From: an uncultured Pseudomonadota bacterium
GTDB lineage: Bacteria > Oederibacteriota > Muellerivitia > Muellerivitales > Muellerivitaceae
Assembly: GCA_963843375.1 (NCBI GenBank)
Contig: CAWJKT010000008.1
Span: 209,568-273,567, forward strand
Length of the DNA: 64,000 bases
Reading direction: 5' to 3'
Shown one piece after another: positions 50,833 through 61,419 of this stretch (the first letter of the stretch is position 1; each line of letters opens with the position of its first letter). Made by a program: the position numbers and the translations under genes. The notes under the pieces were generated by a model, which searched no databases, was not told the DNA's origin, and worked only from the letters and a program-made list of their open reading frames with translations.

Positions 50833-53800
50833 TTAAACCACGCTTATATCCTTTAAAAGTCTTTGAACCGCCTCCATTTGCTTTTCCGGCCCCTCATCCC
50901 CCTTCATGACGCGAAAGGACACCGAGTTGGGGTCTTGAGGAGCGAAGCGGATTCGGGAAGACGGCCATTGCTTGAACCATTTCTCCACCCTTTCGGGGGA
51001 AGGAGTTAAATCCGGATGCCACTGGAGGGAAACCCATCCATTTTGGGCTTCAAGTTTCTGGATGCCGAGTCGTTTCACCTGGGGCCTGAAAGCGGCCACC
51101 TTCAACAACATCTGAGCCTCCAGTGTCAAGGGGCCGAATCGGTCTTTGAGTTCTTCCTCGATTTGAGTCAACTGTTCTTCCGCAGTGGCCTCGGCGAGCC
51201 TTCTGTAAAATTCGATTTTCAATGTTTCGTCGGGGATATATTCCTTCGGGAAATAGGCTGTCACCCCCAGAGAAAGAAGCGGCGTAAAATCAGCGGCGGT
51301 AGCCTCACCCTTCAGGTGGGTTACTTCTTGGGACAACATGCGGCTGTAAAGGTCGAAGCCGATGGAATCCATGTTTCCGTGCTGTTGGGCTCCCAAGACG
51401 TTGCCCGCCCCCCGGATTTCCATGTCCTTCATGGCCACGTGCATGCCCGAACCCAGCGAGGAGAATTCCTGCAGCACCTCCAACCGTTTCTGGGCCAGTT
51501 CCCGGAGGGTAACGTGGCGCGGATAAAAGAAATAAGCGTAGGCCTGCCGGTCCGTCCGCCCTACCCGGCCTTTCAACTGGTAAAGCTGGGCCAGCCCGAA
51601 TGCATCGGCCCTCTCCACGATCAAAGTGTTCACGTTGGGCATGTCGAGCCCGGACTCAATGATGGAAGTGCAAACCAGCACGTGGTATTCCTCGTCCACG
51701 AAATCCATCATGATGGATTCCAATTCATGTTCGGTCAGTTGTCCATGGGCCACCCCCAGTTTGGCCTCGGGCACCAGTTTGTGAAGGCGGTCGGCAATGC
51801 GCTCGATATCCTTGACATGATTGTGGACGTAGAAAACCTGCCCCTCCCGGTTCATTTCACGGCGGATGGCTTCGGCTACCAACCGGTCGTCCAGGGGCGC
51901 CACCTGGGTCAAGACGGACCGCCGGTTTTTGGGCGGGGTGTCGATCACCGAGATTTCACGGATGCCCGAAAGGGACATGTGAAGGGTTCGGGGTATGGGA
52001 GTCGCCGTTAAGGTAAGCACATCCACGTCATGCTTTAGGGCTTTCAATTTTTCTTTTTGGGATACACCGAAACGGTGTTCCTCGTCGATGATTAATAATC
52101 CAAGATTAGCGAAACGAACGTCCTTGGTCAAAAGCCGGTGGGTGCCGATGACGATGTCCACCTTTCCCTCCCGGGACATGTTCAGGGTCTTCTTGATTTC
52201 GGTCTTGGACCTGAACCGGGATAACATTTGGATCTTAACCGGGTATTCGGCCATACGTTCCTTGAAGGTGTTGTAATGCTGTTGGGCTAGGATGGTGGTG
52301 GGCACCAGAACCGCCACTTGGCGCTTGTCCTGCAACGGCCTTGAAGGCCGCCCGCATGGCCACCTCGGTCTTGCCGTAACCCACGTCGCCGCAAACAAGC
52401 CGGTCCATGACCCTCTCCGACTCCATGTCCCGTTTCACGTCCCGCACAGAGGTGTATTGGCCTGGGGTAAGATCATAAAGAAATGCGTCCTCGAACTCAT
52501 GCTGCCAGGGAGTATCGGGCGGGAAAGGGCGTTTCTTCAGAACCTGGCGGGTGGAATAAAGGGCCATGAGTTCCCTGGCGATGGCCTCGATCTCTCGCTT
52601 CACCTTGGCTTTGGCCCTGCCCCATTGTTCTCCGCCCAGCTTGGAGAGGACCGGAGACCCTTCGCTTCCGATATAGCGCTGGATGAGGGCGATCTGGTCG
52701 GTGGGAAGGTAAATCTTCTCGTTGTCGGCGAATTCCAACTGAATATACTCCCGAGTGATCCCGTCGATCGTTAAAGGCGTGAGACCCCGGTAGAGGCAGA
52801 TGCCGCTGTCGATATGAACCGTCCAATCGCCGATGGAAATTTCACTTAAGGAGGAAAGGGGCTTGCCGCCCGAGACCGCCCTTATCCGCCGGTGTCGCCT
52901 TCCCCGGTAACGTCGGAAAAGGTCTTGGTCCGCAAGAACATGAAGCTGGATATCGTCAAAGGCGAAACTTTGCTCAATTTCACCCAGAACCATGGAAAGC
53001 TGCGGGTTGTCTTTGGCGGCAATATCCTCCTGCCGCAAAAGTTCCGAGAGTCTTTCCCTTTCCCCCTTGTTATGGCACCACAAAAGCACTTGGGATTTCC
53101 GGTCTTCTTTCTCCTTATCCGGAAATGGCGGGGGGGGTTTTAACCATTTTTTTAGGTCGCCCGTGAAAGTGGCAAATTTGCCGTAATAAGGCGCAAGGGA
53201 TCGACCTGGCACCGCATGGGAAAAATCGGCCGGTTCTTGAAAAAGATCTTGGTGGATTTGGGAGACCCCCGCGGCCTTTCCCTTTTCCAAAGATTTTTTG
53301 AGAAAGCTAATATCGGAAAAGAGTTCCTGGGAATCAAAAAGGTCTGAACCGTCTTCCTGCGCTTGTTGGTTGCAGCCCGAAAGAAGGTTTTGAAGTTCCT
53401 CCCATTTGCGTTCGAAGGCCAGGGGTTCCATCAGGAAAATCCGGGTATCTTTCGGCAGGAAGTCGAAAAGGCAGGCCCTCTTTTCCAAGGCCCCGACCCC
53501 TTGCCACTGCCATCCCGGAAATTGGTGGGTTTGGCTGAAAAGATCCAGGGCTTCTTGCGCCCAACGGGAAGGCGGCCGGCCTGATTCGGCCTTGGCTTTT
53601 GTTTTAAGTGCCAGGCGCAAGTTGTAACGGGTCTCGTCCTTCAAGACAATCTCGTGCGCCGGGAACACATAAACTTCTTCCAGATTGCCGCTGGAGCGTT
53701 GATTCAGGATGTCGAGGGGCCGGACCGATTCGAGCGTATCGCCGAAAAGCTCCAAGCGTACGGGACCCGAAGGCGAACCGGGCGACGCCAGGTCCAGGAT

Positions 53801-54379
53801 GCCGCCTCGCATGGCGAATTGTCCCAGTTGAACTACCTGGATAACGGGTTCATAGCCCAAGGCGACCAGCTTTTCCTTTAAGTTGGAAGGGACATCCTGG
53901 CCTTTTTTAAGGATGAGGACCTCGTCGATCCATTCATCCGGCGTCATAGTCCGTTGAAGGGCGCCCATCAGGGGAGCTATCACGATGCAGGCTTCGCCTT
54001 GCGTCAAACGGTAGAAAGTCCGCTGGCGCTCACCCACCAGTTCCGGATCAGGCGTTTCCACATCCTGTGGAAGGGTTTCCCAGGAAGGGCAAAGGTAGAC
54101 CGGAACCTCCGGAAGCCAGGTGGAAAGGTCATCCTGCAGAACCAGAGCCTCTTCACGGGTGGGTGTCACCAGAAGCCAGGGATTTTTTTCCCTGAGTTTC
54201 CGGTAAAACCACGCCAATAGAAAGGATTTCCCTGAACCCGGAACACCATGAATGAGGATTCGGGATTTACCGGACTTGAGACTTTGAAACGCCTCTTCAG
54301 CGGCGGGCCAATTCAATTTTTCAAAGGCAAAAGGCGATTTAGGCGCGGGAGCAGCCGTTATTTCTTGAGTTTTTTCCAT
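50833..54379 (-). CDS. mfd: Transcription-repair coupling factor; frameshift near 52333
   Basis: RGGILD, CarD-like domain, MDRLVCGDVGYGKTEVA, DEEHRFGV, TATPIPRTL, QLYQLKGRVGR, TRCF C-domain. Confidence 0.97.
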
Positions 54380-54553
54380 GACCCAAACTTTTGCCGTAAA
54401 CACAATTAGGGCTCCCCGCGCTCTTGAGCGCAGAAATCCCTGGGCTTTTAAATAAAATGCGGGATGATTTTTGACGATGTTCCACGGAAAGTCAAGAAAG
54501 GCCTGGAATAGTTATAGTAAAGGAAGCCCAAAAACCAATTTCGAAGGGTAAAT

Positions 54554-54580
54554 AAAAAAGCCCGCCGTGCAGGGCGGGCT
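54554..54580 (-). terminator. Rho-independent terminator
   Basis: Minus strand AGCCCGCC-ctgcac-like loop-GGCGGGCT followed by a T run, downstream of the zf-HC2 gene. Confidence 0.85.
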
Positions 54581-54613
54581 CATGACATTCATTTAATTGT
54601 AATGTGACAAAAC

Positions 54614-54769
54614 TTATTCGGCGCTCAACGAAGGAACAAGCGTAAAGAGGAATATGCATTCGGGACAACAAAGCAAATGGTATTCCACGTCGGCCTTTTC
54701 CTCCTCCGTTAATTTTCCGGCCCGGTACAAGTCCAGCAGTCTATGAATCCTACCGCAGTTCTCATCCAT
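54614..54769 (-). CDS. 51-aa stand-alone zf-HC2 (anti-sigma-type zinc finger) protein
   Basis: C......L..Y..G.L...E...V..HLLCCPEC; GAGG RBS before ATG 54769. Confidence 0.75.
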   Translation of the reverse strand: MDENCGRIHRLLDLYRAGKLTEEEKADVEYHLLCCPECIFLFTLVPSLSAE

Positions 54770-54979
54770 GGCTTCCTCGCTTTCCGGCATCCGTTGGTGA
54801 AGCATTGGGCAACTTCCCCCCAGTTTCCTTGAATTCAAATTCAGGAGGTTTCTGGGCATGCCCTTTATTCCCGAACTAAAACTCATCCTGGAAAAAGGGC
54901 CGGGTACCATTTCTAACAACTTACTTCGGTTCCGAGGCATCGCTTGCAAGCGAGCAACTCTAACGTCAGTACAAACAAA

Positions 54980-54995
54980 AGCATCAAATGTGCCA
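54980..54995 (-). promoter_or_regulatory. sigma54 (-24/-12) promoter
   Basis: Minus strand TGGCACATTTGATGCT, exact GG-N10-GC spacing. Confidence 0.65.
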
Positions 54996-55200
54996 AAGGA
55001 AACCGGGTTCCCTTAAGCAAAAAAGCCTTTGTTTCACTCTTTCTAATGTTTAGACGGGGTAGGAAGGGCTTTAGTGCAAAGAAAGTTTGAAAAAACCATC
55101 AATCCATTGGCATATATTAATCAAATTGTTAGTTTTTTAACGGCAACCTTAAAAACAGGGGCCGAAAACACTCATAATTGGGTTTTTGGTTGAAAAAGCT

Positions 55201-55851
55201 TTAGAAGAAAAAAAGATTAGTTCCGACATGAAATAAGATCACCGAGCAAGAAAGGGCCAAGGCCGAACCGATAGGCACCGTCAGGTTGTCATCCAAATCA
55301 AACGAAAAGAGTTCAACCAGCGCTCCCACTAAAGCCCCGACGAATGCGATCTGCCAATTCTCAAAAAGCACAAAAGCGATCAGAAAGGCGACCAAAAAGA
55401 ATGCCATGGTTCCTTCCAGTGATTTTCCGAAAATTTTCAGGCGGCCGAAATTTTTTCCGCCCAATTCCGCCGCGGCGTCCCCCAAGGAAAGGAAAAACAT
55501 GGCTGTAATGGCTACGTTACGGGGAAAAAAGAAGATGACGAGAAAAAAGGCCAGGCAAAGAAAGGTCGAACCGTTGAACTTGTTGGTTTCGGTCCGGCGG
55601 ATAAACTCCGAAAAGATTCCCATGAACCATGAATTGAATTCATGATCCCTTAATCTTAAAAAATCCAGGGCAAAGGAGACAAGGAAACAACCCGCCGAAA
55701 CGATCAAGAGCCATTCGCGGATTTCAGGGGCTCCCCAACGAAAAGGCGGATAAAGATAGGCCAAGGGGAATAAGGAAGAAGCCAAAACATGGTACATTTT
55801 CCGGAATCCCTGAAATGTTTTGGTTTCAACGACTTTTAAAGCTTTTTTCAT
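55201..55851 (-). CDS. Dolichol/phytol/diacylglycerol kinase-like membrane protein (cytidylyltransferase superfamily)
   Basis: RK..H, GDAAA...G..FG, KSLEG, DDNLTVP. Confidence 0.85.
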   Translation of the reverse strand: MKKALKVVETKTFQGFRKMYHVLASSLFPLAYLYPPFRWGAPEIREWLLIVSAGCFLVSFALDFLRLRDHEFNSWFMGIFSEFIRRTETNKFNGSTFLCLAFFLVIFFFPRNVAITAMFFLSLGDAAAELGGKNFGRLKIFGKSLEGTMAFFLVAFLIAFVLFENWQIAFVGALVGALVELFSFDLDDNLTVPIGSALALSCSVILFHVGTNLFFF

Positions 55852-55925
55852 TTCTTCCCGTTGGTTTCTTTAAATCTTAATAAAGCCTATGAAAAAGTAT
55901 CACGCAATTTACTTTTTTGAAACAA

Positions 55926-56588
55926 TTATTTTTCGCCCTTACTAGACTTTTCCAGAAAGTAGGTCAAATTTTCCAGCTCCGACGCCAAATCCACTCCCCG
56001 GACGATCACGGATTTGGGTACGCTCAAAATGCAAGGGGCGAAATTGAGTATGGCCCGAATGCCTCCGTCGACAAGATCGTCGGCGACGCGCTGAGCCTGA
56101 CTAGCCGGGACAGCGATGATTCCGATCTCGATTTTCTTTTCTCGCACGACTTGCCGTATAGCGGGCGTGGCCCAAATCCGGACGCCTTCCAATTCCCAGC
56201 CCACTTTGGAGGGATCTACATCGAATGCCGCCTCAATTTTAAAACCCGCCTTTGAAAAACCGCCATATTGTAAAAGAGCCGTGCCCAGGTTGCCGGCACC
56301 CACCAGCGCGATCCTCCAGGCTTTGTGCAATCCCAATATTTCGCGCATCTTCCCATCGAGAATCTTGACATCATAGCCTATTCCCCGCTGGCCGAATTGT
56401 CCAAAGTAAGCCAGGTCCTTACGAACCTGGGCTGGGTTAATGCTAGAAACGGCGGCCAGTTCCTTGGATGAAATAACCGCTTGATGGTTATGCACGAATT
56501 CGGCGAAACTCCGCAGATATCGCGGAAGTCTGGCAATCGTAGGTTCGGGTATTCTTTTGAGCGAAGACGAAGCGCTTTTCTTTGGCAC
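55926..56588 (-). CDS. rex: Redox-sensing transcriptional repressor Rex
   Basis: IP..TI.RLP.Y.R, SS.ELA, QVRKDL..FG.FG.RG.GY, GAGNLG, ILNFAP. Confidence 0.97.
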   Translation of the reverse strand: MPKKSASSSLKRIPEPTIARLPRYLRSFAEFVHNHQAVISSKELAAVSSINPAQVRKDLAYFGQFGQRGIGYDVKILDGKMREILGLHKAWRIALVGAGNLGTALLQYGGFSKAGFKIEAAFDVDPSKVGWELEGVRIWATPAIRQVVREKKIEIGIIAVPASQAQRVADDLVDGGIRAILNFAPCILSVPKSVIVRGVDLASELENLTYFLEKSSKGEK

Positions 56589-56706
56589 AGATAACCTTTT
56601 TGGGGGCTCAATAGCCTTTTTAAATTTTAAATTACAAACTTATTGTTTTCCCTCACATTAAAAAATAAAAAAACTCGGGAAAAACTTCCCTAATTTAAGA
56701 TAAAAA

Positions 56707-57192
56707 TTACCACTCATCCATCGTTGCGCCTTGAGGGAAAACGCGTTGTTCCTCGAGAAACTGTGAACGGCGGGCCAGGGATTCCGCCACTTTTTCTTTT
56801 AACGTTTTCAGTTTAAAAGGCTTGGCCAGATAATCGCAAGCGCCCCTGCGAAGGGATTCAATGCCAATTGAAAAGGAACCATAAGCCGTCATTATCATGA
56901 CGAAAATCCTTTTATCCCGCGCCTTCAGGTATTGAAGCAATTCCAATCCCGTCATTTCGGGCATCCGCATATCAACCAATGCCAAATCGTAAGAATGTTT
57001 TCGCTGGAGAGCAATGGCTTGAGTCGCGCTCGTGGCGGCGTCCACTCGATAACCGGATTGGGTCAGCGCCTTTTGAATCATCTTTGCGAAATCCGCCTCG
57101 TCATCCACCACAAGCAAGTGGGCTTTCCCCATAGTATTTTTCTTGAGCTTTTTTCCAGCGGTTATTTTTTTGCGAACTGCTTTCTTAACCAT
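56707..57192 (-). CDS. Response regulator, receiver domain only
   Basis: VVDDE, D.RMP, TAY, KPF; basic N-terminal extension, no output domain; ATG overlaps the kinase stop. Confidence 0.9.
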   Translation of the reverse strand: MVKKAVRKKITAGKKLKKNTMGKAHLLVVDDEADFAKMIQKALTQSGYRVDAATSATQAIALQRKHSYDLALVDMRMPEMTGLELLQYLKARDKRIFVMIMTAYGSFSIGIESLRRGACDYLAKPFKLKTLKEKVAESLARRSQFLEEQRVFPQGATMDEW

Positions 57193-58594
57193 TCTTTTTT
57201 CCCTTTGGGGACGGATTGTTTTCATTATAGTTAAAATCCCCCGGCTGAGGGCCTTCTTGGCGAACCAAACCATCGGTGGGAAACAGAAGAGTGAAAACCG
57301 TACCTTCCCCTAACCGGCTTTCCACCTTGATTTCTCCTTTATGTTCATCGACGATCCGTTTGACGATAGCCAATCCCAATCCCGTTCCCTTCCCAAACCC
57401 CTTGGTGGAATAAAAAGGCTCAAAAATACGACGTAATTCCGCCTGCGGAATACCTTTGCCGGTATCTCGCACAACGATGCGAATTTCACCGCGGCGGTCT
57501 TCCGGGCTCAATCGCATGGAACGATACTGAAAATAAGCCGAGACAGTGATTAGTCCGCCTGCGGGGATCGAATCTACCGCATTCTCCACCAGGTTTAACA
57601 GCACTTGAAACAATCCCTCGGGATAAGCTTTAATTTCCGGCAATTGGGGATCCAGGTCCCGGATAAGCTGACCTTGGGCCTTTTTGAGCTTGGGCTGGAT
57701 GGCGGAAATCACGGAATCAATGACCTGTACTAAGGAAACGGATTTGATTTCAGAAAGAGACTGTCGGCTGTAATCGAGGATATCCCGGACGGTTCGGATG
57801 GCCCGTTGGACATAATGTTCAATCTGCAAGAGATTCTGATGGGTTTTACTTCCTTTGCGGGTTTCGGCCAGGACCATTTCAAGATTACCTGAAATAAGTC
57901 CCAGCGGAGTGTTTACGCCATGGGCGATTCTTCCCGTCAGTTCTCCCATTTGAATCAGGTAGCGCTTTTGCTCCAGCGACTTTTCTTGCGTTCGGAGCCG
58001 CTCTTCACGGTTCCAAACTTGGCGGACCAATAACCCGCAAACGATCGTCGCTAGAATAAAAAATATCGTCCAACGAATGGCTTGCTCCATATAAACTCCG
58101 GTGCGGATATCTGGTGGCGCGGATTCCATGATGCTATAGAAAAGATTGGAGTTGCGCGGGGTAAAATCAGAGGGGATATGATGGTGATAGCAAAACCAAA
58201 GGGTCGAGAGAAAAAGGATTATTTGCAGTAGGGCGGTAAAAACAGCAACAGGCGGTGAAGCCACCAGGCAGGCCGCCATTATGATGAAAAGATAAAAAGG
58301 AATGTAGGCGCTTAAAGGCCCTCCTGTAATCGAAACCCCCCAGCAGAGTAGAAGCCCATCCAAAAGAAATCCAAGTCCAGTTAAAAAACCCGCCAAACGC
58401 CGGATGGGGCTCAAAAGAAGCATCAGGATGTTGAAGACGCTGACGATCAGTAGAATTGCCCAAACACCCGCGAAAGGATTATCAGGAGACTTTTTTTCCA
58501 ATACCAGCACCAACAGGGCAACAAAGCAAATGCCCACCCAGCGGATGAGGATAAGCCGTTGAAAAGACAGGTACTTTGATTCGAAGGAAGACAT
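57185..58594 (-). CDS. Membrane sensor histidine kinase (PilS/RegB-like 6-TM input)
   Basis: IAHGVNTPL H-box, NLVENA, DTGKGI, IFEPFYSTK, GTGLGL; TGGPLS loop. Confidence 0.93.
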   Translation of the reverse strand: MSSFESKYLSFQRLILIRWVGICFVALLVLVLEKKSPDNPFAGVWAILLIVSVFNILMLLLSPIRRLAGFLTGLGFLLDGLLLCWGVSITGGPLSAYIPFYLFIIMAACLVASPPVAVFTALLQIILFLSTLWFCYHHHIPSDFTPRNSNLFYSIMESAPPDIRTGVYMEQAIRWTIFFILATIVCGLLVRQVWNREERLRTQEKSLEQKRYLIQMGELTGRIAHGVNTPLGLISGNLEMVLAETRKGSKTHQNLLQIEHYVQRAIRTVRDILDYSRQSLSEIKSVSLVQVIDSVISAIQPKLKKAQGQLIRDLDPQLPEIKAYPEGLFQVLLNLVENAVDSIPAGGLITVSAYFQYRSMRLSPEDRRGEIRIVVRDTGKGIPQAELRRIFEPFYSTKGFGKGTGLGLAIVKRIVDEHKGEIKVESRLGEGTVFTLLFPTDGLVRQEGPQPGDFNYNENNPSPKGKKNG

Positions 58595-58624
58595 GGATGG
58601 AAAGTCCTTTCCTTTTCAAAACCC

Positions 58625-58939
58625 TCAGGCGAGACTTTGACTGATCCACTTCAAATAGTCTGGATTCCCACCCGCGATGGGAATGGCAACTATTTCACAA
58701 ACAGTATAAGGATGGTTTTTTTTGATCCACTGCGTCAAGGGGGATAGCCGGTTTTGTTGGGTTTTTATGAGAAGCAGCTCTTCTCGGGCGGTTTCGATTT
58801 GTCCCTTCCACCAATAACGACTGTGGATTCCGGGGATACGGTTGACGCAGGCCGCGAGTTTTTTTTGAACCAAGGCCTTGGAGAGTTTTTCACTCACGGA
58901 ACGATTAGGGGTCGTGACGAAAACCACGTACTTTTTCAC
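58625..58939 (-). CDS. cutA: Divalent-cation tolerance protein CutA
   Basis: LAACVN, S.YWW.G.I....E..L.IKT, HPY.V.EI. Confidence 0.95.
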   Translation of the reverse strand: MKKYVVFVTTPNRSVSEKLSKALVQKKLAACVNRIPGIHSRYWWKGQIETAREELLLIKTQQNRLSPLTQWIKKNHPYTVCEIVAIPIAGGNPDYLKWISQSLA

Positions 58940-60186
58940 GAAAGACCCTGGTCTTTTTCGCCCAAGAGATTAAAAACCCTTTCTCCATTGGCCGATTGGG
59001 TCATTTTAATTAGGGTGGGAGAGGCATTTTCCGGAACCGTTTCCTTAAACCCAGGTAATGCATAGACCTTGGTGCCGTTAACCACTTCCACCATTTCCGT
59101 CAGCCCATTCTTTGAGAGAATTTCTAGACGCCGAACAATTGAAATCATGTCCAATCCCATGAAAGCCTGCAGGTCCGTATTGGAAGCCACCGCTCGGCCC
59201 GATTTGGCCAAAAAATAGAGGAGTTTCTTACAAACCAAGTCCAACTTTAGATGTTCGTTAACCGCCTCGAACAAGTCTTGGAACTCCACCCTGTCGGCCT
59301 TCCGCTTAAAGCCCCGGTACATAGCTTCAGAGAGCAGATACATAAAACGGCGCGGGTTGCCGGAGGATAGGGACAGGGCCATTGTCAGGGCTTCCGGTTC
59401 CAAAAAATCATCCAACCCCTTTTTGAAGCCGACTTGTTTCAGTCGGAGTGAAAGGATCTCTTTTAATTCCTTTTGGCCGAACTTCTCGACCAGAACCACG
59501 TTTTTAAAAAGCCCCAGAACGGTGGGTTCGGCTCCCTCCTTGACCACTTGGCTTACCTTCGAGTAAAACTCCTCCTGCAAAGCCATGACGAAACCCACAT
59601 TCGGCAACTCCAACAAAGATTTTAATTCTTCCAGTAATTGGAGGGTCCTCTCGGAACGCGTTAAATGTTGGACCCGGTCGCTTTTGATTTTTTCCAGATC
59701 ATCCACAAAGACAAGAAGCGGTTTCTTGAGTCGTGAAACAATAGACCGGATGTTGGAGAAGATCGCGTTCTTGCTCAAGGTTTCGGATTCCAACCTCCGG
59801 CTGATTTCCTTGAAGTTCAAGCCCGGCGCGGAGGGAATCGTCACCAGCATTTCCCGAAGTAATTCTGAAAGGAAATAGGTCGCGTCGTCCAGCGGGACTC
59901 CGATGCTGACGGAATAAAAACGGGAAGGCACCCGGCTTTTCAACAGTTGCATCAAACTGCTTTTACCTACTCCCGGCTCCCCCGCCAAGCCGACATTGGA
60001 TACCGAAAACATCGCGGACAACAGCCGATTGATTAGCGTTTCCCTACCGACAAAATAATTCAGGTTGTGTTTTTGAAGCGACAGGGTGGTGAAGGGATCG
60101 GTCTTCAAACTGAAATGACGATAAGCCGCTTCCGCCGGTAACCTTGAAGTTAACTTCGACTTTTTTGGTTTTTTATTTTTTTTCAT
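58936..60186 (-). CDS. P-loop AAA+ ATPase with probable C-terminal winged helix
   Basis: F.L..DPF, FVGRE, GEPGVGKS, VFVDDLEK, SGNPR; GTGA overlap with cutA. Confidence 0.85.
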   Translation of the reverse strand: MKKNKKPKKSKLTSRLPAEAAYRHFSLKTDPFTTLSLQKHNLNYFVGRETLINRLLSAMFSVSNVGLAGEPGVGKSSLMQLLKSRVPSRFYSVSIGVPLDDATYFLSELLREMLVTIPSAPGLNFKEISRRLESETLSKNAIFSNIRSIVSRLKKPLLVFVDDLEKIKSDRVQHLTRSERTLQLLEELKSLLELPNVGFVMALQEEFYSKVSQVVKEGAEPTVLGLFKNVVLVEKFGQKELKEILSLRLKQVGFKKGLDDFLEPEALTMALSLSSGNPRRFMYLLSEAMYRGFKRKADRVEFQDLFEAVNEHLKLDLVCKKLLYFLAKSGRAVASNTDLQAFMGLDMISIVRRLEILSKNGLTEMVEVVNGTKVYALPGFKETVPENASPTLIKMTQSANGERVFNLLGEKDQGLS

Positions 60187-60233
60187 TCATTTTCTTTGCT
60201 TAAAAAATTAACTCGAGAATTCGCGAATGACAT

Positions 60234-61277
60234 TCAACGGCCCAATGTTAAGCGCTCGCCAACCACGGAATAGGGTGTTTGGAGTTCGGCTTTTCCCTTA
60301 ATTCTAACGGGCGAAAGAGCCGTCATTTCAAAAGAGTCTTTTGCCGCAGCCGCCATATCTTCGTTCACAAGAACCTGCCCATGTTCGGCAATGCCACAAA
60401 GCCGGGAAGCCATATTCACGGTGTCGCCAATAAGAGTAAATTCCATACGGTTCGGGGATCCCAGATTGCCCATGATGGCCTCCCCAGCGGTAATACCGAT
60501 ACCTAAGCCAATCTTGATGTCCTGGCTATAGGCCGTTTTAAAGCCCTGGTTCAAAACCTCGAATCGGTCCTGCATTCGCATGGCGGTTCGCAAGACCATT
60601 TTTGCCCCCTCGCTCTCGTTGCCATAAGGACGTCTGAAATAAGCGAAAATGGCATCCCCAATATATTTATTAATGTCCCCGCCGTTGCGGGTAATAACTT
60701 CCTCCATGGCGCCGAACATCTTATTCAGGACTTCAACCGTTTCCTCGGGCTTCAAAAGCTCAGTCATGCGGGTAAAACCCCGAACGTCCGAAAATAAAAC
60801 ATAAACCCGACGTAATTCGCCGCCCAATTCGGAATTCAGCGCCTTATTCTGGGCTTTTTCACTGACGGATGTTCCCACGTATTTTTCCAAAGTCTGGTTG
60901 GATAATTTGGCTTTTTCTATGAGAGATTTGTACTCATAAGCGCTAGCCTTGATGAGTTTGTCCAGATTGGAACCCGCGTTCCATGGCATAGACCCTGTGA
61001 TTCTGACGAAATTGAAAGGGATCATTTGGTTTGTGACGAATTGGTCTTGAAGGTCAAGAGCCAACTGGTTGCGTAATCGCCAGGATAAAATTCCCCACCA
61101 AAAGAGCAGGAGGAATCCTGCTCCGATGGCGATACATTCCACTATCACCTGGTCTTGGATAAATTGGGCTGCGATCACCCCAACCCCAATGGTGAGGAAA
61201 AGCCACAAGGCAATAATTCCAACAATCTTCATCAAATGAGAATGAATAATTTTTAAGACGGGAAAATGCTTCAACAT
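60234..61277 (-). CDS. Class III adenylate cyclase, two TM helices
   Basis: LFSDVRGFT, KYIGDA, FTLIGDTVNMASRL: both metal Asp, Lys/Thr adenine pair and Asn/Arg present. Confidence 0.93.
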   Translation of the reverse strand: MLKHFPVLKIIHSHLMKIVGIIALWLFLTIGVGVIAAQFIQDQVIVECIAIGAGFLLLFWWGILSWRLRNQLALDLQDQFVTNQMIPFNFVRITGSMPWNAGSNLDKLIKASAYEYKSLIEKAKLSNQTLEKYVGTSVSEKAQNKALNSELGGELRRVYVLFSDVRGFTRMTELLKPEETVEVLNKMFGAMEEVITRNGGDINKYIGDAIFAYFRRPYGNESEGAKMVLRTAMRMQDRFEVLNQGFKTAYSQDIKIGLGIGITAGEAIMGNLGSPNRMEFTLIGDTVNMASRLCGIAEHGQVLVNEDMAAAAKDSFEMTALSPVRIKGKAELQTPYSVVGERLTLGR

Positions 61278-61419
61278 GGAATGCCTCTCTTGGCAAGAGG
61301 TAATCGACAAAGTAGCCTTAGTTTATCGCAAAAGCGGAGAGATTGACACGACGAAAGGACAACTCTTTTGGAGGTATTTGAAGCCTATATATTGGACTTA
61401 TAGACTGCGGCCCACAACT

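Noticed and set aside
54770..54949. 111-aa version of the zf-HC2 ORF starting at TTG 54949
   Set aside because: No clear RBS there; the domain and a good RBS begin at ATG 54769. Not fully excluded.
56643..56658. Rex autoregulatory box upstream of rex
   Set aside because: TTGT...TCACAT half-sites are 2 bp too close and degenerate.
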